Source: Abditibacteriaceae bacterium (GTDB lineage Bacteria > Armatimonadota > Abditibacteriia > Abditibacteriales > Abditibacteriaceae). From it: a stretch of 64,000 nucleotides of DNA. This document shows, one piece after another, positions 1 through 11,282 of this stretch. A program made the translations under genes and the position numbers. The stretch lies in the NCBI GenBank assembly GCA_965277285.1, contig OZ255721.1, positions 3,488,001 to 3,552,000 on the forward strand, written 5' to 3'. Position 1 is the first letter of the stretch. Each line of letters starts with the position of its first letter. Below the pieces are notes generated by a model. It worked only from the letters and a program-made list of their open reading frames with translations. It was not told the DNA's origin and searched no databases.

Positions 1-2
1 GC

Positions 3-3000
3 ACCACGTTTTTGCAGCAACAATCGGAGCTTTTGCGCGGACAATTGGGCGCTTATGAAAGCGTCGTCAAGCGCGCACAAAGCGGCGCGAGCGCTATCGA
101 ACTGCGCCAGAATTTGCAAAGCGAAATCTCCAAAAGCGGCGCGTTCGGCGAAGCGACCAAGATCGTCAAAAAGTTCGTGCAAGAGCAAAACCGCGCACAC
201 GAAACTTTGGCGACAAGCCTCGCCGAAGAAATGGCGCAATGGGTCGAAGTGCCGCGCGATGCGCCCAAAGTTCTGGCGCAATTGTTGAACGAAGGCGGCA
301 AAACCTCAGAAGTGCGCGAGCGCATTCTGTTGGCCGTGCGCGACTTGCCCGGCGAAAACACCGAACTTCCCGCGCTGATCGGCGAAAGCGTGCGCCAACT
401 TCAAGAATGGCGAACAGAAAACGCGCACCAGTTGGTGGGGCAAATCAACGCCAAAGTCGAGCTTCCCGCCGAATCGAGTACTGGAATTGTGGCCGCAATT
501 GAAAACGGCGATTATCCGAACAACCTGGAAAGTTTCGTCGGCGAGCAGCTTCTGACTTCGCCGCAGATTGCGACTCAGGCGCAGGCGATTGACGAGTTTG
601 GCGCGCGCTTGGACGAGTTCGAGACGAAAAGCGACACGCAGCTTTTGAGTTCGATTGACGCGATTTTGCCGCTTTCCGCCGACGCGCACGATGCGCTGGA
701 AGAAACGCTGGACGAAAACGAAAGCGACCTGGCGAGCGCGTTGTTCGAGACTTTGGCGGCGGATGCGGTCAGCCGGCATTTGGAACCGTTGTTGACCGAA
801 GAAAACGCCGGTGCGTTCGCCGAAGAAGTGACGCGGCGCTTGCCGCTGGCGAAACCTGTCCGCAAGCGCGTCAAGGCGAGCAACTTCGTCGGGCGTTCAT
901 CCGAACAATTGATGCGCGCACTTGTGCGTTTGGTGCAGGAAACGCTCGCGGTTGTGCAAGTCGATGAAGGCGTCGGCGAAGACAGCCTCAAACGCGTTCT
1001 GCGCAACCTGGGCTGGCTGACCGAAAAAGACGAAAAGCGTCGCCAGGCCGCGCTCACCGATATGGGAACGCTGGTCGCCGAACGCGAAGCCGGAACGCCC
1101 GCTTTCAGCGACCCGGAAAACTTCCTCGACACGCTGGTTTCCAACGAAATCTTGACGGACGACGAAGCCGCGGTTTTGCGTCGCGCGCAAAGTGAAAACC
1201 CGAACGATACAGTTTCGACATTGGTAGATCGCGTACTGCGTTTGCCTGCAGAGCGTCGTCGCCGTTTGGCCGAAGCGAAGTTGCAGGAAATCCAGAACGT
1301 TCTGGATCAGGCGATCAAGGCGCACGCGCTGTTTCACCGCGAAGTGCATTACGTCATCGCCGCCAATCCCGAAACGGGCAAGCAGGAAATCGTCATCGTC
1401 GATGAATTCACGGGTCGCAAAATGCCTGGTCGTCGTTTTTCGGAAGGCTTGCACGAAGCGCTCGAAGGCAAGCACGATTTGGAAGTTCAGCTTGAATCGC
1501 AGACCGTTGCGACGATCACGATTCAGAATTATTTCCGTTTGTATAACAAGCTGGGCGGCATGACGGGAACCGCGAAAACTGAAGAAGCCGAGTTCGCCAA
1601 AACCTATGGTATCGAAGTCATTTCGATTCCGACCAACCGCCAAATTCAGCGCCGCGACTTTCCCGATGTGGTTTATAAAACCGCCGAAGCGAAGTTCCGT
1701 GCCATCACGTTCGAGATTTTGGAACATCACTGCGCTGGTCAGCCGGTTCTGGTCGGCACGCGCTCAGTGGAAGTTTCCGAGCGCATGAGCGAACGCTTGA
1801 AAGCGCAGCCTTTGCAACTTTTGGCGTTGCAGCAATTGATCAAATCGAAGTTGTGGGACGATAAAAGCATCAATGCCGAGCAAAAAGCCGAGATCGTGCA
1901 AGGCTTGAATACGCCGATTGCGCAACTCAATTTGATGCAGGTCAAAGCGGTTGCCAAGCAGTTCGGCATCAATCCCGACGCGACGCACGAAGACAACATC
2001 AACGCGCTTTTGGCGTTGTTCACAGTCTCGAATGCGTCGCGCGAAAAATTGGAGACGGCGCTTAAAGTCGGTTTGCCGCACAACGTTTTGAACGCGAAAA
2101 ATCACCGCAACGAAGCGCGCATTGTCGCGGAAGCGGCGCGTCCGGCGAGCGTGACGATTGCGACCAACATGGCCGGTCGCGGCGTGGACATCGTGCTGGG
2201 CGGAACACTCGATGTCGAATCGCGCTGGCGCGTGATGACGCTGCAAACTCTGGCGCGCGCATTGGAAGGCAAAACGATTCATGTCCGTTCGCGCAACGAA
2301 GAAACGACGCAAAAGTTTGTCGAAAGGCTTTCGCCGGAACGTTTGCAAGACCTGGCGTGGATGAGTTTGATGACGCAACACGTCGATGAACTCGAGCATC
2401 AGGGCAAGCTGCAAGGCCAGATCGCCAAGGAATTGCGCGACACGCTGGCGCAGGAGTTGACGACGCCCGATTTGAAAAACAAAGTGCGTTCTCGCGCGCG
2501 GCGTTTGAATCTATTGGAGCAATTGCCACTTGATGCCGAACCGATGGACGACGAACGAGTACTCGATGCGCTGAACAGCGACCTGAAGCGCCTGATGAAC
2601 GCGCGCTTTGACAATCAGCAATTGCTGATGGTGTTGTCGAACGGCATCGCGTGCCGCGCGACGGGCCGCGATCCAGGCGAAACGGCGTTGTTGGCGGCGC
2701 TGTCGCGGCCTCTTTCAATTGCGCAAAACTCGTGCGGACGCTTGCTCGAAGTCTTGAACGAAATGCCCGATTTGGACGAACTGTTGTTGGAAGCCGCGTC
2801 CAAGATGACCGATTTGGGTTACGCGCAATCGTTCAACGAACTGGCGACGCAACTTCCCAACGTCACGCCGGAATGGGTCGAAGGCGAGTTGAAATTGTTC
2901 AACGTGACGAACGCGGACGAAGCGAAACGCGCCCTGAATTTGCGGCAGACGAACCGCAAAGAAGTCAACGAAGCGCAGATTATCGCGGCTCTGGGCGAGG

Positions 3001-4922
3001 CGAATCTTGGGCTGCAATGGCTGCGCGAACGCTTGCGCGAATGGAATGTGGCGAGTGAAGCGCGCGCGTTTCAGGCGACGCCGGAATTGCAGGAAATGCT
3101 GGGCGACAACGCCGTCGTGCACTTGAAGTTGGACAACGAACGCGTCGCAGCTTTGCTGAAAGAATGGCAGAATGGTGGAGAACATCGTCGCGCCATGGTG
3201 ACAGTCGAAGCGCCGAACCTGATTTTGCTGGGCGATGTCGCAGAAATCGCCGGACACGACGCGCCGTTTTTGCATCCCGAATGGATGCACCAGACGATGG
3301 TTCAGCTCAATCTGTTGACGGGCGACGACATGTTTGAAGCGCAAATTATGGGTCAGTCTGAAGACGAGCAGGGCAACATTCAAGAGATGCCGATTGACGT
3401 TCTGGTTTATCGCATTCGACTGAATCGAGTACTCGATGCGCTGGCGCCTACCTTGCGCGAAGCCGTGGCGCAGGAAGGCAGCGACGCCAAAGCCGTGCTG
3501 CGCGAAGTCGAGCGTCATGCGCCGTGGGCGAAGCAGTTCATCGACGAAGAATGGGTTTCGCACAAGCTGCAAAATCTCGATATGGCGAACGCGCCCGCAC
3601 AACCCACGGGCGCGCCAGTCTTAATTGAAACCGGCGTCGCGGGACAAAGCGCCGACATCGTTTTGGAAGGCGAAGCGCGCGCCGAAGACATCGCGCACAC
3701 ATCGGAGCAGGAAGTTGTGAAGCAGTCGGGCGGCTTGCACATCATCGGCACCGAGCGCCACGAAAGCCGACGCATCGACAATCAGTTGCGCGGTCGCGCC
3801 GGTCGTCAGGGCGATCCGGGTTCGAGCCGCTTTTATGTCAGCCTGGAAGACGAATTGTGGCGTTTGTTCGGCGTGCGTGGTCAAGGCTTGCTCAATAAAT
3901 GGGACGAGGACGAAGCGGTCGAGCATCCGATGATTTCCAAGAGCGTCGAGCGAGCGCAAAAGAAGGTCGAACTGAACCACTTTGAAGGCCGCAAAAACGT
4001 TCTGCAATATGATGATGTGATGAACGTGCAGCGCGAAGTGATTTACCGAGAGCGCCGCCGCGCGCTTTTGGGCGGCGACTTGCGCGAAACAGTACTCGAT
4101 ATGGCGCAGCAAGCGGCGCTGGGCGAGGCTGAAAAGCATTGTCCGCGCGCCGTGCGTTCCGATGAATGGGACACGCACAAATTGTATGTCGGACTTTCGC
4201 GTTTGTTCGGTTCGTCCTTGCTGCACAAGCATTTGAACGAAGACGAACTTGTTCAAATCACCAACCGCGACGAGATGGACGACAAGCTCAAAGAAGTCGC
4301 GGAAGGTTGCTACAATTCGCGTGAAGAAGAAATGGGCGAGGAAAATCTGCGCAGTTTGGAAGCGTGGCAAGTCACGCGCTCGATTGACGAATACTGGATG
4401 GAGCATCTGGCGGAAATGGATTATTTGCGCGACGCGATCTGGCAGGAAGGCTACGCGCAAAAGGAGCCAATTGGCGTTTATCGCCAGGAAGGTTTCGCCT
4501 TGTTCCAAAAGATGCAGGACGAAATTCGCCGCGAAGTGACCGAAGCGATTTTCTCGGCTCAGAACGAGATTTCGGTGAACAATATGTTCTACGGCGGCCC
4601 GGAACTTTCGGAATTGACCGAAGCGCGCCTGGTGCAAATGATGCCGATGGACAATGGCGGCATCGAAGACGGCGCCTTGCTGGACAAAGACGCCGATAGC
4701 GATGACGACGAAGAAATCTTGGTTTCCAGTTCGCCAATGGCGCTTCCTAACGTGCCCAACAATGGAGCGCAATCGAGTACTCGAAACGTGCAAAGTAGCG
4801 GTTCCGTTAGCGGCAATTCGTTTCCATCTGCTAATAACGGCAGTGGTAACAACGGCGACGAACGGAATATGTCAAGATCGGAGCGTCGGGCGCGCGAACG
4901 CGAATCGAAAAAGCAAAAGTAA
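3..4922 (+). CDS. secA: Preprotein translocase ATPase SecA, 5'-truncated by the window edge, with very large insertions
   Basis: Motifs [75 protein letters not shown] and YAQKEP. The frame is open to the window start. Confidence 0.97.
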   Translation, partial: TTFLQQQSELLRGQLGAYESVVKRAQSGASAIELRQNLQSEISKSGAFGEATKIVKKFVQEQNRAHETLATSLAEEMAQWVEVPRDAPKVLAQLLNEGGKTSEVRERILLAVRDLPGENTELPALIGESVRQLQEWRTENAHQLVGQINAKVELPAESSTGIVAAIENGDYPNNLESFVGEQLLTSPQIATQAQAIDEFGARLDEFETKSDTQLLSSIDAILPLSADAHDALEETLDENESDLASALFETLAADAVSRHLEPLLTEENAGAFAEEVTRRLPLAKPVRKRVKASNFVGRSSEQLMRALVRLVQETLAVVQVDEGVGEDSLKRVLRNLGWLTEKDEKRRQAALTDMGTLVAEREAGTPAFSDPENFLDTLVSNEILTDDEAAVLRRAQSENPNDTVSTLVDRVLRLPAERRRRLAEAKLQEIQNVLDQAIKAHALFHREVHYVIAANPETGKQEIVIVDEFTGRKMPGRRFSEGLHEALEGKHDLEVQLESQTVATITIQNYFRLYNKLGGMTGTAKTEEAEFAKTYGIEVISIPTNRQIQRRDFPDVVYKTAEAKFRAITFEILEHHCAGQPVLVGTRSVEVSERMSERLKAQPLQLLALQQLIKSKLWDDKSINAEQKAEIVQGLNTPIAQLNLMQVKAVAKQFGINPDATHEDNINALLALFTVSNASREKLETALKVGLPHNVLNAKNHRNEARIVAEAARPASVTIATNMAGRGVDIVLGGTLDVESRWRVMTLQTLARALEGKTIHVRSRNEETTQKFVERLSPERLQDLAWMSLMTQHVDELEHQGKLQGQIAKELRDTLAQELTTPDLKNKVRSRARRLNLLEQLPLDAEPMDDERVLDALNSDLKRLMNARFDNQQLLMVLSNGIACRATGRDPGETALLAALSRPLSIAQNSCGRLLEVLNEMPDLDELLLEAASKMTDLGYAQSFNELATQLPNVTPEWVEGELKLFNVTNADEAKRALNLRQTNRKEVNEAQIIAALGEANLGLQWLRERLREWNVASEARAFQATPELQEMLGDNAVVHLKLDNERVAALLKEWQNGGEHRRAMVTVEAPNLILLGDVAEIAGHDAPFLHPEWMHQTMVQLNLLTGDDMFEAQIMGQSEDEQGNIQEMPIDVLVYRIRLNRVLDALAPTLREAVAQEGSDAKAVLREVERHAPWAKQFIDEEWVSHKLQNLDMANAPAQPTGAPVLIETGVAGQSADIVLEGEARAEDIAHTSEQEVVKQSGGLHIIGTERHESRRIDNQLRGRAGRQGDPGSSRFYVSLEDELWRLFGVRGQGLLNKWDEDEAVEHPMISKSVERAQKKVELNHFEGRKNVLQYDDVMNVQREVIYRERRRALLGGDLRETVLDMAQQAALGEAEKHCPRAVRSDEWDTHKLYVGLSRLFGSSLLHKHLNEDELVQITNRDEMDDKLKEVAEGCYNSREEEMGEENLRSLEAWQVTRSIDEYWMEHLAEMDYLRDAIWQEGYAQKEPIGVYRQEGFALFQKMQDEIRREVTEAIFSAQNEISVNNMFYGGPELSELTEARLVQMMPMDNGGIEDGALLDKDADSDDDEEILVSSSPMALPNVPNNGAQSSTRNVQSSGSVSGNSFPSANNGSGNNGDERNMSRSERRARERESKKQK

Positions 4923-4940
4923 CTCTGTGGCAAAAGTTGA

Positions 4941-4974
4941 GAAAGGGCGCTGCGAAATTTTGCAGCGCCCTTTC
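4941..4974 (+). terminator. Hairpin after secA (probable terminator or REP-like unit)
   Basis: GAAAGGGCGCTGC-gaaatttt-GCAGCGCCCTTTC, about 20 nt after the stop. Confidence 0.6.
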
Positions 4975-5001
4975 CCAATTAGCGGCTCAATGAAGTGAGT
5001 C

Positions 5002-5100
5002 TTTGATAACGAACGCGAAGCGTAAGCGACGGACTTAAGCTAAAGGTGCATAAGACCATCCTTATAAGCCCGTCGCTTACGCTTCGCGTTCGTTATCAAA
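5002..5100. repeat. Long REP-like inverted repeat with 36-bp arms
   Basis: 5002-5037 TTTGATAACGAACGCGAAGCGTAAGCGACGGACTTA pairs with 5065-5100 with one mismatch. Confidence 0.85.
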
Positions 5101-5221
5101 AATTGACGGTTATTTTTGTCTTGAAATTGACTTTTCTTGACAAACCTTCCACTGCGTGTTCGCGTCTGCATAAACAACAAACGAACGAAGTTTCAAACTT
5201 TGTTTCGCAGGGAGAAACCCG

Positions 5222-6097
5222 ATGAAACGCTCGAACATTTTAGCTGCCGCCGTGTTAAGTTTCGGCGCCATGACCGTTTTTGGCCAAGTCGCGCAAGCTG
5301 ACCCGGGCGACCGTGATTACAATCGCGATTCCAGTCGTAATGACAACCGAGATTCGCGCCAAGATCGCCGCGATACGCAGACAACGCGTAGCAATTCGCG
5401 CCAAGACTCGCGCCACGACAATGGTGACAGTCGCACTTATAGCGATAATCGCAACTACGGAAGTAGCCGCAGCTATAACGATAATCGCAATTCTGGTAAT
5501 AATCGCGTCTACAGCGATGACAGCAACTCCGGCTACAATCGCAATAATCGCAACAACCGCGATGGTGGCTATAACAATGGCTACCGTAACTATGATTACA
5601 ACCGCAACAACGATGGTAACCGCAGTTACGGTTACAATCGCAACGACGGTTATAACCGTAACTATGGTTACAGCGGCTATGACCGCGGTTACCGCAACGA
5701 CGACGTTTACTCGCGCGGTGGCCGCTATTATCGCGGAGAACAGATTTTCAATGGCTCGTATGGCGGCTTCTACTACCGCGACGGCTATCGTTTTGGCCTC
5801 AACGTCGTTTATTTATTCGGTGATCGCTATTGCTACAACGGCGACTATTACACCGGATATTACGACGGCTATCGTTACGAGGATGGCTACCGCTGCGAGG
5901 ATCGTGACATTGAAGGCGTCATTATCAACAGTTCGGACGACTGGTACAGAGTTCGTGACTATGATGGCCACGAGTATCGCATTCGCAACCGCAACGACGC
6001 GTTTCGCCATTATAGGCGCGGCGACTCGGTACGCGTAAGCGGCTTCTTTTCCCACGGCAGCATCTTCGCTGACGTTGTTATCCACCTGGGACGCTAA
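5222..6097 (+). CDS. Secreted low-complexity R/N/D/Y/G-rich protein
   Basis: Signal peptide MKRSNILAAAVLSFGA...AQA, GGAG RBS, repetitive YNRN/YRDG/YYRG segments and a short globular-looking C-terminus. Confidence 0.8.
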   Translation: MKRSNILAAAVLSFGAMTVFGQVAQADPGDRDYNRDSSRNDNRDSRQDRRDTQTTRSNSRQDSRHDNGDSRTYSDNRNYGSSRSYNDNRNSGNNRVYSDDSNSGYNRNNRNNRDGGYNNGYRNYDYNRNNDGNRSYGYNRNDGYNRNYGYSGYDRGYRNDDVYSRGGRYYRGEQIFNGSYGGFYYRDGYRFGLNVVYLFGDRYCYNGDYYTGYYDGYRYEDGYRCEDRDIEGVIINSSDDWYRVRDYDGHEYRIRNRNDAFRHYRRGDSVRVSGFFSHGSIFADVVIHLGR

Positions 6098-6109
6098 AAA
6101 TCGCCAACC

Positions 6110-6151
6110 AAAAAGCATCGAGTACTCAATTCGAGTACTCGATGCTTTTTT
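6110..6151 (+). terminator. Intrinsic terminator built from twin palindromes
   Basis: AAAAAGCATCGAGTACTC-aattc-GAGTACTCGATGCTTTTTT directly after the 6097 stop. Confidence 0.85.
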
Positions 6152-6223
6152 GCGTCTTTTCGCGGACAAAATCGTATAGAAAATCGTATAGGTTGCGATG
6201 GAGAAAAATTCACGAGGTAAAAG

Positions 6224-7249
6224 ATGAGCAAAACCCACAAAACTTTAACGGCGTTAGCGATTGGAATCGGCGCGGCAGCGACATGGCGCGCGATTTTGCG
6301 CCAGCAACGCGCTTACGACGTGAGCGGAAAAACGGTGCTCATCGTTGGCGGTTCACGCGGCCTGGGATTGATTCTGGCGCGCCAACTGGCCGATGAAGGC
6401 GCGAAACTTTCGCTTTGCGCGCGCGGCGAAAGCGAACTGGCGTCCGCGAAAAGCGAACTGGAAGCGCGTGGCGCGCAAGTCTTAACAACAGTTTGCGATG
6501 TGACTGACAAAAGCCAGATCGAAAACGTCATCGAGAAAACGGTCGCACATTTCGGCGCCGTTGATGTGTTGTTTTATGTCGCGGGCGTTTTTATCGCCGG
6601 GCCGATTGAGGCGATGACAGATGACGATTTCGAGTACTCGATGAAGGTCAATTTCTGGGGCGCTTATTACGCAACGATGGCGGCTTTGCCATTTCTGAAG
6701 AAAAACGGCGGGCGCGTGGTGCACATGTCGTCGGTCGGCGGTCGCATTGCGACGCCGCATTTGCTGCCTTATAATGCGAGCAAATTTGCGCTCAGCGGCT
6801 TGTCGCAGGGCTTGCGCGTTGAATTGGAGAAAGATGGCGTTTTGGTGACGACGGTTTATCCGTGGATTATGCGCGTCGGCAGCTTGCGCAACGCGCAGTT
6901 CAAAGGCCGCCATCGCGCCGAATACGCCATCGGTTCGGTGATGAACGCCAATCCGCTTTTGTCCGACGACCCAGAACGCGCGGCGCGCTCGATGATCGCG
7001 GCGATGAAGCGCGGCGATGCTTCCGCGACGTTGTGGTTCACCAACACGGCGATTCTGCTGGATACTTTGCTGCCCGAATTGTCGAAAGACGCGATGGCGA
7101 TTGCCAACCGATTGATGCCGAAAATGGACGGCGACGACAGTATCGGCACGCAAAGTCGCAAAGGCTACGAAAGCGAATCGAAACTGTCGCAATCGCCTTT
7201 AACCGCAACGCTGCAAAACGCGGCGCAGAAATATAACGAAAAGTTGTGA
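6224..7249 (+). CDS. Short-chain dehydrogenase/reductase
   Basis: GGSRGLG Rossmann motif, YNASK catalytic YxxxK, GAGG RBS. Confidence 0.92.
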   Translation: MSKTHKTLTALAIGIGAAATWRAILRQQRAYDVSGKTVLIVGGSRGLGLILARQLADEGAKLSLCARGESELASAKSELEARGAQVLTTVCDVTDKSQIENVIEKTVAHFGAVDVLFYVAGVFIAGPIEAMTDDDFEYSMKVNFWGAYYATMAALPFLKKNGGRVVHMSSVGGRIATPHLLPYNASKFALSGLSQGLRVELEKDGVLVTTVYPWIMRVGSLRNAQFKGRHRAEYAIGSVMNANPLLSDDPERAARSMIAAMKRGDASATLWFTNTAILLDTLLPELSKDAMAIANRLMPKMDGDDSIGTQSRKGYESESKLSQSPLTATLQNAAQKYNEKL

Positions 7250-7261
7250 GAACGCGAACTC

Positions 7262-7753
7262 ATGATTGATTTTCAGTTTCACCGAGACGGTACTGGGCAT
7301 AAGGACATCGTTTTTTGCCTACATGATTACTCGTGCGTCTGCGATTCGTACTACTTCTTCATTGATTACAATTTCTATCCCGATGATGGAAGCGTGGACA
7401 AGGCATTGAAAGTCATGCGCCAACTTTTACAGCAATGGATGATAGCCATTGAAAATCTCACCGAAAACGAAACCGTCTATTTGCCGTTCGATTTTTCGGA
7501 TCAATACACGGGATGCGTCGAATGCACAGTCTCGCAAGGTAAACTTGTGTTGCGCGCTGGCTATTCCAATCGCGAAGCGTGGCGGTCGTGGCCGAGCGAC
7601 ATCAGCAATTACATCCACGCAATCAACGATTTTAAAGTTTATGCGAACTTCACCAAACATCCCGTGAAGATGATGAAGGCCACATTTCTTAGTGATATTT
7701 CAAAAAGCCAAGACAAACTTTTCAACCCACTGGATTTTCAATTGAAGGATTGA
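7262..7753 (+). CDS. Hypothetical protein
   Basis: 163-aa ORF between two + strand genes, lower GC, no motif recognised. Its TGA stop lies within a palindrome variant (7750-7761). Confidence 0.65.
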   Translation: MIDFQFHRDGTGHKDIVFCLHDYSCVCDSYYFFIDYNFYPDDGSVDKALKVMRQLLQQWMIAIENLTENETVYLPFDFSDQYTGCVECTVSQGKLVLRAGYSNREAWRSWPSDISNYIHAINDFKVYANFTKHPVKMMKATFLSDISKSQDKLFNPLDFQLKD

Positions 7754-7769
7754 GTACTCGATTGCCTTT

Positions 7770-8315
7770 ATGACTTCAATTCTCACTTCTACACTGAGCC
7801 GACCGCAGGACGAACCGGCGCAAGAGCCGCAACCTGGCGACCTTTTGCTGTTTTGCAATGCGCGCAAGTTCAATCGCTTGATTACTTGGTTCACTAAATC
7901 GCCGTATTATCACGTCGCCCTTTATCGCGGCGATGGTCACGTTGTGGAAGCGCGTCCGCGCGGCGTGGTCGACCGCGATTTGAATGGGCCGGACGGTGAC
8001 AAGTCGTTCGATGTGATTTCCAGTCCGCACGGGCGCGAAAAAGGCGAAGCGGCGCTCGAGTGGGCGATTCAGCAAATCGGCGCCAAATACGACAAAACCG
8101 ACGTCGCGGTTATTGTATTGGAGCGAATGTTCAAAAAGCTGCACCTCGATTACACCAGCCACGATAAGTTTTCCTGCGGCGAGTTCGTTTCCTGCGCTTT
8201 TGAAAACGCGGGCGTCCAGTTATTTCCCGACTGCCCGGCGGAAAAAGTCGTGCCCGCCGATTTCGCTCAGTTTCTGTCTCCTGAGGTACGCGAAAAACGC
8301 GAACATGAACGCTGA
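7770..8315 (+). CDS. Permuted papain-like (YiiX/YebB, NlpC/P60-type) enzyme
   Basis: PGDLLLF...YYHVALY (His) precedes FSCGEFV (Cys), and the protein ends VVPADF. Confidence 0.8.
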   Translation: MTSILTSTLSRPQDEPAQEPQPGDLLLFCNARKFNRLITWFTKSPYYHVALYRGDGHVVEARPRGVVDRDLNGPDGDKSFDVISSPHGREKGEAALEWAIQQIGAKYDKTDVAVIVLERMFKKLHLDYTSHDKFSCGEFVSCAFENAGVQLFPDCPAEKVVPADFAQFLSPEVREKREHER

Positions 8316-8364
8316 AAAAGTCGCCTTTCGAGTACTCGAACTGAGTACTCGAAAGGCGACTTTT
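8316..8364. terminator. Bidirectional terminator built from twin palindromes
   Basis: AAAAGTCGCCTTTCGAGTACTC-gaact-GAGTACTCGAAAGGCGACTTTT between the convergent CDS and tRNA-Ser. Confidence 0.85.
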
Positions 8365-8368
8365 ATTT

Positions 8369-8456
<88 letters not shown>

Positions 8457-8464
8457 GAAAATAA

Positions 8465-8615
8465 ATGATGAATACGGAATGATGAATAAAAAAGAATTCC
8501 CACTTCGTCATTCTGAGTGAAACGAAGAATCTAACTCCAGTTAGATCTTTCGCTACGCTCAAGATGACAAAGCTGTCAGTTTCATTCCATTCATCATTCC
8601 GTATTCATCATTCAT
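8465..8615. repeat. Nested repeat: GATGAAT-type outer inverted repeat enclosing a GTCATTCTGA/GAAGAATCT-type hairpin
   Basis: ATGATGAATACGGAATGATGAAT pairs with ATTCATCATTCCGTATTCATCAT. The inner 8507-8568 resembles the copies at 11189 and 53064. Confidence 0.75.
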
Positions 8616-8618
8616 CCT

Positions 8619-9095
8619 TTATTTCCCCGTGTGCCCAAAGCCGCCGCTGCCGCGACTGGTTTCGTCCAGTTCTTCCACGATTTCAAGTTCCAATCGTTCG
8701 ACGCGCGCCACGACCATTTGCGCGATTCTGTCACCGCGAGCAACGACAAATTCTTCGTGTCCCAGATTCGTCAAAATGACTTTGACTTCGCCACGATAAT
8801 CGCTGTCAATTGTGGCTGGCGAATTCAACAAAGTAATGCCGTGTTTCAACGCCAGACCAGAGCGCGGACGCAATTGAACTTCGTAGCCTTCTGGAATGGC
8901 GAGGGAAAAACCTGTCGCTATTAATTTTGTTTCACCAACGCCCAATGTGCAACTTTCCGCCGCGCGCACATCCATTCCGGCTGCACCCACCGTTTGATAC
9001 GACGGCAATGCCAAATCTTCACCGCCTGCTTCGCGCCTGATTTTCAAGATCGGCGCGTTCGCGCTGTTCGAGTACTCGAAAGGTTCAACTGCCAA
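8619..9095 (-). CDS. dut: dUTP pyrophosphatase
   Basis: [41 protein letters not shown]. The TTG start at 9095 is inferred from an upstream AGGAAGG. Confidence 0.95.
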   Translation of the reverse strand: MAVEPFEYSNSANAPILKIRREAGGEDLALPSYQTVGAAGMDVRAAESCTLGVGETKLIATGFSLAIPEGYEVQLRPRSGLALKHGITLLNSPATIDSDYRGEVKVILTNLGHEEFVVARGDRIAQMVVARVERLELEIVEELDETSRGSGGFGHTGK

Positions 9096-9651
9096 GTCGT
9101 ACCTTCCTATCGCGCTTGTCGTTTTTGCGTCCGCCATTTTGCGGCACTTCAGCGAAGGCGCGCAAACCGCCATTCAAGGCCATTTGCAACGCGTCGTTTT
9201 CTTCGTCGGACAGCGTTTGTTCACTTTGGCCGTTTATCACTGATTTGGCAAAACAGCGCCCATCGTTGCGTCCCATCAAGCCGGTGAGAAGCGTGCCATT
9301 TTGATGGTCATCCAGCAAAACCAGCGAAAACGACTGCGTTCCGCTGACATCGCCATACGCGTCATAGCGCACCAGACCGATGTGCTGCACGCAATCGCGC
9401 ATCGTTTCACTGGCGTTTCGCAACTGCGTTTCCAGTTCCTGACAGCGATTGAGCGATTGCTCGCTTTCGCTCAGGCAACGTGCCAGCATTGCTTCCAAAT
9501 CTTCGCCGCTTGGTCCCAGCAACGCCGAACGCAGCGCGCGATTAGTCTTTTTTATGCGACCGTTCAAGCCTGCATAAAGCAGAAATTGCAGCGTCGCTAA
9601 AATCATCAACGCGATTAGAATGTGTGAATAATACGGCTTCAAAAGTTCCAT
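9085..9651 (-). CDS. DUF4446-like protein with N-terminal membrane anchor
   Basis: N-terminal TM segment, coiled coil, then [23 protein letters not shown]...FAKSV...LSDEE pattern. Confidence 0.75.
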   Translation of the reverse strand: MELLKPYYSHILIALMILATLQFLLYAGLNGRIKKTNRALRSALLGPSGEDLEAMLARCLSESEQSLNRCQELETQLRNASETMRDCVQHIGLVRYDAYGDVSGTQSFSLVLLDDHQNGTLLTGLMGRNDGRCFAKSVINGQSEQTLSDEENDALQMALNGGLRAFAEVPQNGGRKNDKRDRKVRLGS

Positions 9652-9678
9652 TGGCGGAATCGAGTACTCGAATCAGGT

Positions 9679-9706
9679 GTAGGGGCTTGGCGCGCCAGGC
9701 CCCTAC
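9679..9706. repeat. GTAG-type REP-like palindrome
   Basis: GTAGGGGCTTGGCGCGCCAGGCCCCTAC, 8 bp from a 12-mer copy. Confidence 0.75.
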
Positions 9707-9724
9707 GGTTTGCAGAATAATCAA

Positions 9725-11122
9725 CTAAAAACGTCGGCGCGCGCGCGCTTTGGGATGAACGCGTTGCGGCGTGCGAGGCGTATCAGACTGCGGCGCGTCA
9801 AGCGAAGATTCGCTGCTTTCCATTGTCGCAGCTGCTTCATCTTCCTCACCCGAAGTTGGCACATCATCAACGCTTGAGGTGAGAAGATTCGGCGTTGCGA
9901 CGGAACTTTCCGGCGTCGCGGTTGGAATTGTTTCGCTTGTTGTCGCCGTGTTCGTTACTACCGCAGTTGTTGCACTTGGTGTCGTAATTGGTGCGGTGGT
10001 TGAAGCGAAGGATGCGCGACGCGTCGTCGGAACACTGGACGAAGTCACGGCGGTTGCGGCAACGGGCGTGCGCGAAGTCGCGTTTCGAGTACTCGATAAC
10101 GTTGTTGAACGCGGCGCAATGACTGTTGACGCTCGCAAGTCGCGCGCTTGAGCGGCTTTCTTCTCGTCCCAGCGATGCCACGCGACGAGCACCATCGAGG
10201 CGTTGAAAATCGAGGAATATAAACCCGATGCGATGCCGATCAGCATCGCCAGGACAAAGTTGTAAATGCTTTCGCCGCCCAACAGCAGCAAAACGAACAG
10301 CATAATCAAAACCGTCAAACCCGTGTTGATCGAGCGGCTCATGGTTTCCAACAGCGAATCGTTGACGACTTTTTCAAACGATTCTTTGCGACGCAAGCGC
10401 AAGTTTTCGCGCAAACGGTCGAAAATCACCACGCTGTCGTTGATCGAATAACCAACGACCGTCAACAACGCCGCGATAAAAGCGCCATCAATTTCGACGC
10501 GGCGATCAATGTGGCCAATCAAGGCGAACAATCCGATTAAAACCAGAACGTCGTGAACCAGCGCGACCACACCGGCGACCGCGTAACGCGTTCCATCACC
10601 GGCAAAGTTGTAGCGAATATAAATCCACAAGGCGATCAAAGCGACGCCCAGCAAAACGCCAGTTACCGCATTGCGCTTCAGTTCATCGCCGATGACCGGC
10701 CCAACGAACTGCTGTCCCAATGGCGTCAGTTGCGCGGGCTGTCCGTTTTGATTGGTGCCACCCGCAAAAAGCGTCGTCAGGGCGCGACGAACGCGCGTCT
10801 CCTGTCCCGTCAGTTCACTTTGACCTTTAGCGTCGGTCTTGATGACAATCGTGTCGCCGCCTGCGATTTGCGGCAGCGTCTTGATGCCCTGCGTTTCGAG
10901 TGCGCTGCGCGCCTTGTCCAAAAGCGCGACTTCTTGTCCGCTTTGCGGTCGCATTGAATACGGAATGCGGTATTGGAACTGGCCGCCGCCCTTGAAATCG
11001 ATGCCCAGGTTGAGGCCGAATAAGCCCCACGACGCCATGCCGACCAGAATCAAAGCCAGCGAAATGCCGAACCAAAGGTTCATCTTGCCGACCAGATCAA
11101 TGTGTTTTCGTCTGAAATCCAT
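9725..11122 (-). CDS. secF: Protein translocase subunit SecF with long S/T/P/A-rich C-terminal tail
   Basis: LGIDFKGG, VGPVIGDEL, HDV, GYSINDSVVIFDRLRENL, SRSINT; directly downstream of secD. Confidence 0.96.
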   Translation of the reverse strand: MDFRRKHIDLVGKMNLWFGISLALILVGMASWGLFGLNLGIDFKGGGQFQYRIPYSMRPQSGQEVALLDKARSALETQGIKTLPQIAGGDTIVIKTDAKGQSELTGQETRVRRALTTLFAGGTNQNGQPAQLTPLGQQFVGPVIGDELKRNAVTGVLLGVALIALWIYIRYNFAGDGTRYAVAGVVALVHDVLVLIGLFALIGHIDRRVEIDGAFIAALLTVVGYSINDSVVIFDRLRENLRLRRKESFEKVVNDSLLETMSRSINTGLTVLIMLFVLLLLGGESIYNFVLAMLIGIASGLYSSIFNASMVLVAWHRWDEKKAAQARDLRASTVIAPRSTTLSSTRNATSRTPVAATAVTSSSVPTTRRASFASTTAPITTPSATTAVVTNTATTSETIPTATPESSVATPNLLTSSVDDVPTSGEEDEAAATMESSESSLDAPQSDTPRTPQRVHPKARARRRF

Positions 11123-11188
11123 GAGAAATTCTTTTTTATTAACCGCCAAGACGCAGAGTGCGCCAAGGGCAAACCAAGTTATTCAAGG

Positions 11189-11260
11189 GTTTGTCATTCT
11201 GAATGCAATGAAGAATCTATATGCGAAGTCAGATTCTTCATTGCATTCAGAATGACAAAC
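11189..11260. repeat. GTCATTCTGA-family inverted repeat with perfect 30-bp arms
   Basis: GTTTGTCATTCTGAATGCAATGAAGAATCT / AGATTCTTCATTGCATTCAGAATGACAAAC between secD and secF. Confidence 0.85.
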
Positions 11261-11282
11261 TGTAAATTTCATGCTCGTGAAA

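Noticed and set aside
2205..3728. Intein in SecA (or in NrdJ)
   Set aside because: No C-terminal His-Asn followed by Cys/Ser/Thr at the junctions and no LAGLIDADG blocks seen; NrdJ motifs are contiguous.
5280..6038. 252-aa Thr/Ala/Ile-rich alternative-frame ORF
   Set aside because: Frame-shifted reading of the low-complexity secreted protein, which has the RBS and signal peptide.
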